Shown here piece by piece: positions 56,022-64,000 of a DNA stretch of 64,000 bases. This DNA comes from Oikopleura dioica. Taxonomy: Eukaryota > Animalia > Chordata. The stretch lies in the NCBI GenBank assembly GCA_907165135.1, contig OU015569.1, forward strand, positions 7,068,001 through 7,132,000, read 5' to 3'. Each line of letters starts with the position of its first letter. Positions within the stretch are counted from its first letter, which is position 1. The notes under the pieces were generated by a model. It was not told the origin of the DNA and did no database searches. It saw only the letters and a program-made list of their open reading frames with translations. Position numbers and translations under genes: made by a program.

Positions 56022-57773
56022 GATTAATTTATGAACATTTTGAATATTTTACCCGCTAACGGGAAAACAAAGAAATAAAACAAAGCCAGTGAACTTTATA
56101 GTGCTGGAGGAATAGAACGCTTCCGCGAAAAAATGTCCAGAAAGGTTTATTTGATCAACGGCTCGACTAATTAATTGTACACGGAAGATTAAATACTCTT
56201 ATTGATGGAGCATATCCGCTAGTCTCCGAAATTGATATTTGACATAAGATTCTTACCGAAGGGAGGGGATGGCCCCGGATGACCCAGCAAAGCTCCTCTT
56301 GCATCCCATTTTCGAACATTTTCGACTGTCTTTGACTCTTTCTCGACAATAGTTATGGCCGAGGTGGTAGTTCCTTGACTAGTCTTGCTCGTCATCGGTC
56401 TAGTTTAAGTTGCAGGATATTCTGTGTATTCTGGGCGTAGATCGTAATTCCCAGCTGCCACAGTTCCCGTTTCAGTCCGATTTCATTCCGATCCAAATGT
56501 CGGTCGGTGGCTAGCACAGCCGCCGTACCGTATCTCTAAACAAAACGAGCTTCAAATTCTCAAGTTTGAACTTCGGATTCTCACAACCATCGACCAAAGT
56601 CTGTGAATGTGAACTGTGTGGGCGCTCTAGTAAGGAGAACGGCTGAGCCCACACGTCGTATAAAAGAGGCGCTGAATATCTGAGTAGTAAACTTCACGCA
56701 CAGACTATCGATAGCTGCCCATTTCATTCATAATTTTTCTAACCCAGATCCGACTCTCCTATAAAGTTTGTCGCTCTCGAGGTAGCCTCGCGTGAATCAT
56801 GAGAGCTGTTTTCAAATCTCTTCTCTTTTTCTCGTTTTTTTTTAGTTTTGAGGCGAACGATGTAACTATTCTTGAAATCTCACGCTTGAGCACTAAACTT
56901 CAATCGAATCCTAGCGACCTTTCCAGCTGTCCCACGTTCACGGAAACTGTTCGCTACTCAGAGTCTTTCAGAAATGGGAAGTTTTTATAGTGAAAAGCTT
57001 GATCACGCTCAGTCCAAATTCTCAAGTCTTGTGTTATCCCAACTACTGTTAGTGCCTATTTAACAAAACTTTTTACTTTTGAAAAAAAAGCTTACTTCAA
57101 ATAGAAGACATCCGCCATAAAAACACCCTCAATATTTTTATAATTATGTCTACAAGATTTTAAACTTCTTCCACCGTCCTGATATGTTAGTCTTTCAAAT
57201 AAAGATACTCTCTTGATTCTGATAGAAATGGATATGAAATGGTAAGCACCAAGATTTCTCGATTGCGGCTCATTCGGAGTACGGGGATATAGAATTTATC
57301 GAAACCAGATTCCCCGATCGCTACGAGCGAGAATATCACGAGTTTGGAAGAGGTTGTGTCTCTCTGAGATTATCAGTTTCAGTCTACTCACATCACAGCC
57401 CCTTCACCGTCGAATATTCTCACTATTATAAAATGGAAGGCTCAGAACTTACGTTACGTAATGGTCTTACGGGACCAAGGAATCTCCTTCGCACCCATAT
57501 CTTCTCAATTAACGTTCTCAATTTAAAAGTGGTGAGCAATTAGCAAGAAACATTTCGAGATTCGACAAATGCGGGAGCGTAAACAAGCTCGAGTATGTCC
57601 ATCGTTATCAAAGCTGATAAAAATGTTTTTGATGCCGTTGTCCCCATTTCAATTTGAATGCTGCAAGATGATGACTCCAATTTTGAATTATTGAAAGGTA
57701 ATGGATTTCGTTTATTCATCCCGCTGAACCAATAAATACTGAACTTGACAAGAAAGGGACAGAAAAGAATTCT

Positions 57774-58885
<1,112 letters not shown>

Positions 58886-59062
58886 GCATTAACCTAAACA
58901 TCAAAAACAACAGTCGCCAAATTTTCATCGAGATTTATTCGAGATCAATTAAGTTAAAGTAATAATTTAACTCCAGGCAGCGCGAGAGATCGGAGCATTG
59001 AGTAATTGTTTTATTTTTTATTTTCCTAATTGCTTCTGCAGGAGGCATTGAATGGAATTGCG

Positions 59063-59404
59063 TCAATGGAATTTGCCCAAAAAGTCCAAATCGCGGTAGA
59101 GCATATACTTTTCGCCTTCAAGCTCGACCTCGGAGCCGCCAAACTCGGGAAGAAGAACCTTCTCTCCGACGGAGACTGACATTGGGACTAGGGTGCCGTT
59201 CTAGAGCCGCGATTTTAGCTGAGGTGAAGTGAAGGTGACATTTACCTCGAGTCGGAGACCTTCGCCGACAGCGAGGACTTCGCCGATGTTGAGTTTGGAC
59301 TGGGATGTCTCTGGGAGCATGATTCCACCAGCAGTCTTGGTCTCGGCAACGGCCCGTCGGACCAAGCATCGGTTCATCAAAGGCAAAAATCCTCGGAAAG
59401 CCAT
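59063..59404 (-). CDS. HSPE1: Mitochondrial 10 kDa chaperonin (Hsp10/GroES)
   Basis: MAFRGFLPLMNRCLVRR..AETKTAGGIMLPE...VLAVGEG.RLE|NGTLVPMSVSVGEKVLLPEFGG...YRDLDFLGKFH*, with one 45-nt GT-AG intron. Confidence 0.97.
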
Positions 59405-59405
59405 T

Positions 59406-59412
59406 CTGAAAA
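59406..59412 (-). promoter_or_regulatory. Probable trans-splice acceptor (TTTTCAG) 1 nt before the HSPE1 ATG
   Basis: TTTTCAG|A-ATG. The identical context occurs at ZW10 (46114-46120) and similar ones at GLRX3 (TATCAG|AATG) and AFG1L (CTTCAG|ATG). Confidence 0.55.
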
Positions 59413-59602
59413 TCGACGCTGCGAATTATTGATTTAAAAATTTCGAATCCGAAAAAAAAATTAATAAACTTCGCAAAAAGTATTCAGGGGAGCATAAATT
59501 TAACAAAAATGGCATCTCTTCGGGAAAGATTTTGAAAAAAAATACAAATTTTTGGGCCAATATTTGTCCAGCAAAAAAAAATGAGCTCGCGTTGAGTTTG
59601 GT

Positions 59603-59705
59603 GGGGGCGGAAGAACTTCTCGATTCTTCTGGAACATTTGCATCAAGAGTTTTACTCGCAGTTTTAGTCTTTTCTCGCTCTGCGCAATTTCTGCGCTCCG
59701 ATTGG
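59603..59705. promoter_or_regulatory. Heat-shock element with GC box and CCAAT box upstream of HSPE1
   Basis: Minus strand gTTCc-aGAAg-aATCg-aGAAg (59616-59635) gives four alternating nGAAn/nTTCn units with one mismatch. GGGGGCGG at 59603-59610 and CCAAT (ATTGG) at 59701-59705. Confidence 0.65.
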
Positions 59706-59973
59706 TCCATTTGAAACGGCGCTCGATTCTGCGAAGTTCTGATCATAATCACAATCATTACTTTAATTAATTAACCGCGGTGCTCAGATTTGAACGGCCA
59801 TTCAGTAAAGAACTTTAACATTTGACAAATTGCTAAGCCTATCAATATACCGCAATAAACTCTAGAATCAAGCCATTCAAAACTGAGGATCGCGGTTACT
59901 ACGGTACTTTTCTGAAAAGGCAGGTTTTCAGCAGCAAGCAATCGCAAGTGGCAGATAAATTTAGAGGTTAATC

Positions 59974-60766
59974 ATGGATAGCGACGAGCAAGCACTTATC
60001 GGCATCCTTCATCCACGAAGAGCCAAAAAAGTCGTGCCGTTCCAGGTAAGATTTCTTCTGCAAGTGATTACTCATTGCCAATGACTCACTGGACTTTTAC
60101 TCGGATATTTTTTCGGCATTCACTTGATTCGAATAAAGTTACTCATTTCAGATGCCCGTCCTCGAAATCAAAAAGAGGAAGGCAAAACCTTCGAAAAAGA
60201 CCAAAAAGAGCAAGCCAGCCAAGATAACGGTGCATTTACTCCGGTGTTATTGTAGCGAAAAAACTGTTTAGAAGCGAAAGAATCCTCCGCGCATGGCTCG
60301 AGAAGAACGACCTGTCTCTCCGGATCCGCTGCCCCGTCAGCAGAACGATGCAAGCACCATGACTGAAGTACCCATTAGAGAACAGCTGCCATACTATGAG
60401 GAGGCACTAGAAGCTCCTCTTTCGGTACCAAGCACCGCTGCAGCAACCCCACAGGAGATCGAGACAATCGACCTTACGGATGGTTACAAACCACCTATTT
60501 CGGCTCTTCGTATGGTAGTAACCGACTTTCTGAACATGAAATCACATGTTCGAATGACTATGTTACATGTAAGTTTCCAATGATTCAACAATTTAACGAG
60601 GTTTGCTAACAATTGCTTTTAGCTAAAAATATTCGTGACGGAAAGGTATCCTGAACTGGACGAAGATCTCGTCTTCCGAGATGTCCGATGGAAGAAATTT
60701 TTGCGCGCGGAGCTTTTTGCTCGTCTCTCTCCGTTCATCCCAAGCAACCCTTCAGATACAAACTAG
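59974..60766 (+). CDS. Lys-rich protein with C-terminal DEK-C-like domain
   Basis: Four exons join with GT-AG introns in phase 0. The C-terminus PPISALRMVVTDFLNMKSHVRMTMLHLKIFVTERYPELDEDL...KKFLRAELFARLS resembles DEK-C (P.DEEL...I..LL....EVTMK.I...VYE.YP..DL..RK.FIK..V..LIS). Confidence 0.6.
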
Positions 60767-61258
60767 CCCGAACTGACTGATTGAATTTTTTTTTGCTGAT
60801 TTTTTTATCAATACGCTGACACTTTATACACTCCGAACTATACACTGCACTTATACCTCAAGATGAAACTACTTTCTCAATATTTTCAGATATGAAAATG
60901 GCTGTTTTTCGTGGGTTCGAGAAAAGAGTAGAGTTGAGAAAAGCTGCTGATATCATAAACGACTAACTCGAATTATTCTCAATTTTCTAAGAAGTTTGCC
61001 TGCAAGACCAAATCCTGTCCATTTAAGAATTCTTCGATACAAGATCTATCGAATACTCCTATCTCGTCATAAATAAATGCCACCGAGGAGCCCACTAAAT
61101 TCTCTTCATTGATTTCAACCAAGATAAAACTCCCTCCATCTTTTTCCAACAATAACTTTCTTGCTAAAAGCTGTTCATTGAATTTTGTTTTCTTTCAACT
61201 CTTCTGAATTCTCAAAACGCCGAATTGTATTGACTTTTAATTCCGGGAAAATTCCAGA

Positions 61259-61971
61259 ATGGTAAAGCAATTTGTCTCCGTGCCACCTCGATTTCTTGCG
61301 TGGCAGCAGAACTGCTTGGAGTCGCATCCTTCCAAACTCCATATTCTGCGACTTCGTGGCTCTGATGAATCTCTCGTTTTGGAGGAGACTGAACTGAAGC
61401 AGCTCGTCAACGAGAAACACCCCAACTCCCAGTTCATTTCTACTCATTTCGCAGCCATGGGTAGAAACTACAAAACCCTACGCCACGTTATTAAACTGGG
61501 CGCAAATGTAGATGCATTAGATCAAGTTGGACAGACGCCACTGATGAAGGCTCTCCGTTTTAAGCCTCTGGATGACGACGCTAAAAGGAATGGGTCACAA
61601 AACAGACCAAGTATGGTGGCGCTCCAAGCAAAAGATCCGCGCGTTTTATCCACTCAGTGCGGTCCATTTTCAAATTATTTTCAGAGCGGAATTATAACTG
61701 ATAAATCTGTTTATGAGCCTTATTCAGAAAACAGATGTTATGCATCCAGGTACTCCTTGATGCTGGTTGCAATTTCAAACACAAAGACCAGTACAAGTTA
61801 ACCGCGGCTGATCACGCCACCAGAAATGGGCTCGACTTCTTCCACAAGATTCTCAAGAGAAAGATTGCAGAGCAGCGCCGCCAGGTGCCAGGATCTGATG
61901 AAGACGAAAATCAAAATGCCAAGTTGCATCGATCTCAAAAAAACCGATCTCAAAAGAAATATTTAGCTTGA
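61259..61971 (+). CDS. Ankyrin-repeat protein
   Basis: THFAAMGRNYKTLRHVIKLGANVDALDQVGQTPLMKA and LCIQVLLDAGCNFKHKDQYKLTAADHA, with one intron between ~61600 and 61730. Confidence 0.8.
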
Positions 61972-62317
61972 CGATGTCCGCTAAAAATGGTTTATCTGCA
62001 CCCTTTTCGCTCTGCATCGACTTTTTGGAAAATAAAGTCCCATCACATATTGAGTCTTTTCGATTTGCTAGAAGTGATATGCATAGGGCTAGCAAATCGG
62101 AACGGTCTGAGCTGTCCCTTTCGAATCATATCCGCTTTGGAATAAAGTCCTAAATTTCATAATCAATGATCTTTAGTTGAATTTTCTCTCGTGCAATCGC
62201 ACGTGATTTCTATTTTAGCTCTTGTATAATTTCGGAATAATGATCGAATGACCGACAATATTGATAAAGTATCCAAATTGTTATCTTTCGAGGAAATTGC
62301 GATGTTTTCTGAAGATT

Positions 62318-64000
62318 TTAGCAATGAAGCTGTTGTTTTTCGTTTTCTGCTAGGATTAAGTCGAGTAAAAGGTTGGGATCGATTTGGCTTTGAATAGCGG
62401 AGACTTGACGTTGTCGCAGTAACGTTGTTAGTGGCAACGTACTCAATTTTCTAGGCTGTGTGTGAAGTCCTCCGTCTGTAAAATCGAGCAATATACCCAT
62501 AAAATTGCGAAAACATATTGAAAGTGCGGATATAACATGCCGAGCCTGGCGCCTTGTGTAATTGGAACGATGCGCCAGCTGATTGAAGATCGCAAGGTCA
62601 CCCGTCTAAAATTCTCACGCTCCAAAACGTTCCTTCCTTCGCTGCGCCATTTTCCCGTTCGAAAATGCAGATTCAACTTTGACTCTTCAGCCATGAAAAT
62701 AAGAAAATTGAACGCTTCCTCTTTTCACCGTGAAGCTGCTTTGGCGATTTTTAAATAGATAATCAAGATGTCTGGTGCCTTAATCCGATTAGTAGTACTC
62801 GCTAAGTGAGAAGCATCATCTGGCAACTCACGTGGCTGCAATTCGCGTGTACATAGGATTTTACACTTTGCTCACGTTTTCTACTACAGAAGCGTTCAAA
62901 AACAATTATAGCACAGTGGAAAAAATATTCCACAATCTCTTCCGGGGAAAATAGGTCTTATTTGCGGAGAAAACAATCAGTGTCAAGTGACGGAAGCATA
63001 TTTTCTCTCGGTGGGATAGTATTCTCCGTGACCTACTTTGACGAGAGCTCTGAGTGTTGCTGTGCGGCAACACCTTCAAAATCAGTCCAATTGTTATTGC
63101 CAGGTTCTTCGGAATTTGCAGAACTGTGAATGCTCCCATGAAAGAATAGGAAAGTCGGGGGTCCTTACTTTAAGTTATTCGTTATTGAAATAAGCAAAAT
63201 TTACTTTTAACTGACACTTTTTCTGGATTTTAGACCTTGGATTTACTGTAATGGGATTTGTCTTTTATGTTTCTCAAGGAAAAATTTGTGAGAGCAAGTT
63301 TTTATCGTAACTAGATTTGTGCTACACTTTCTTTTCTGAGAAGGTACTACGGCATGCGTAATCTGAAAAAAGACATCAACTTTGGTAGTCTAGTGTTCTC
63401 ATAAACGATGTTGAAGTCAGTTAAAGTTGAATATTAGCGCTTAATGCAATGTCATCGATCAATGGAACTCGATGAGAAAGAGTCAAATCGAGTTGCAACC
63501 GAAGTCAATTTAGCAGTCTCCGTCGGCAATGACTCGAGCTACTTGTAGTGTTTGGTTCAGTCTAAATTTGGAATAATTGATAAGAGAGATAGTCTGAGAA
63601 GCAAATAAGTCGGAGAAATAATCGGCGTGAAAACGAGCGAGCATAAAATTGAGGGCGCTGTACTCCCTGGCGCCATCACCGCGTTCTTCAAATGCAGCGG
63701 CGAAGACGAACTTCACTCCTTTTTAAACCCAACAAGCCAGGAGCATCTACACTGCGTCGTTTGAAAAGTACGTAGAGAAAAGCTAAAAAGCCGGAAGCAT
63801 ATAATTCCAAAGCGTCTTCCAAAACGAAGCGGATCGCAGTTCATCGAGAGATGCCGGAGAAACAAAAACGCACAAATCAGCTTGTAAAGAGTAGATCTTA
63901 CGAACTTCCGATTTTCCGAGGTAAGAAAGGAATCAAAAGTTACTCTTTTACTATGTTTTGTTAACTTGCTGGGTTAGAATATTATAGGTTTTCACATGGG
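62318..64000 (-). CDS. Probable 3' part of an unidentified multi-exon gene
   Basis: Coding-like segments 63510-63720 (VKFVFAAAFEERGDG...YFSDLF), ~63790-63920 and 62318-62605 (TGDLAIFNQLAHRSNY...QIDPNLLLDLILAENEKQQLHC*) have plausible acceptors. The exon chain is not resolved. Confidence 0.35.

Noticed and set aside
56100-57720. Additional small genes (signal-peptide-like ORF 56799-56990 on plus, fragments on both strands)
   Set aside because: No exon chain could be built without implausibly short introns or in-frame stops. Left unannotated.

Overview
This is compact, intron-containing animal DNA, not prokaryotic. Most introns are 30-60 nt, several need GA-AG or GC-AG junctions, many start codons sit just downstream of a (T)TTCAG acceptor, and genes are packed co-directionally. 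That combination points to a larvacean tunicate such as Oikopleura dioica (inference, not a database result). I reconstructed about 22 protein-coding genes by hand splicing. From 0 to 25.5 kb: an MMP, a transmembrane adenylate cyclase, a short E-protein-like bHLH, a secreted Cys-containing precursor, a D-cysteine desulfhydrase-type PLP enzyme, a CD225/dispanin protein, a class B GPCR and an NCS-type EF-hand protein. From 25.5 to 59.4 kb, an essentially all minus-strand, operon-like run: RANBP9/10, AFG1L, alpha2delta, ALDH7A1, MRCK, ZW10, an IGHMBP2-like helicase, GLRX3, two orphan genes, NDUFV2 and HSPE1. Then a DEK-C protein, an ankyrin protein and a partial unknown gene. Introns carry two TTAA-flanked MITEs, a pair of modular palindromic elements and a decayed endonuclease-like ORF. 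No rRNA, tRNA or CRISPR array was found. CDS coordinates are gene spans including introns, and exon boundaries were not verified by RNA.
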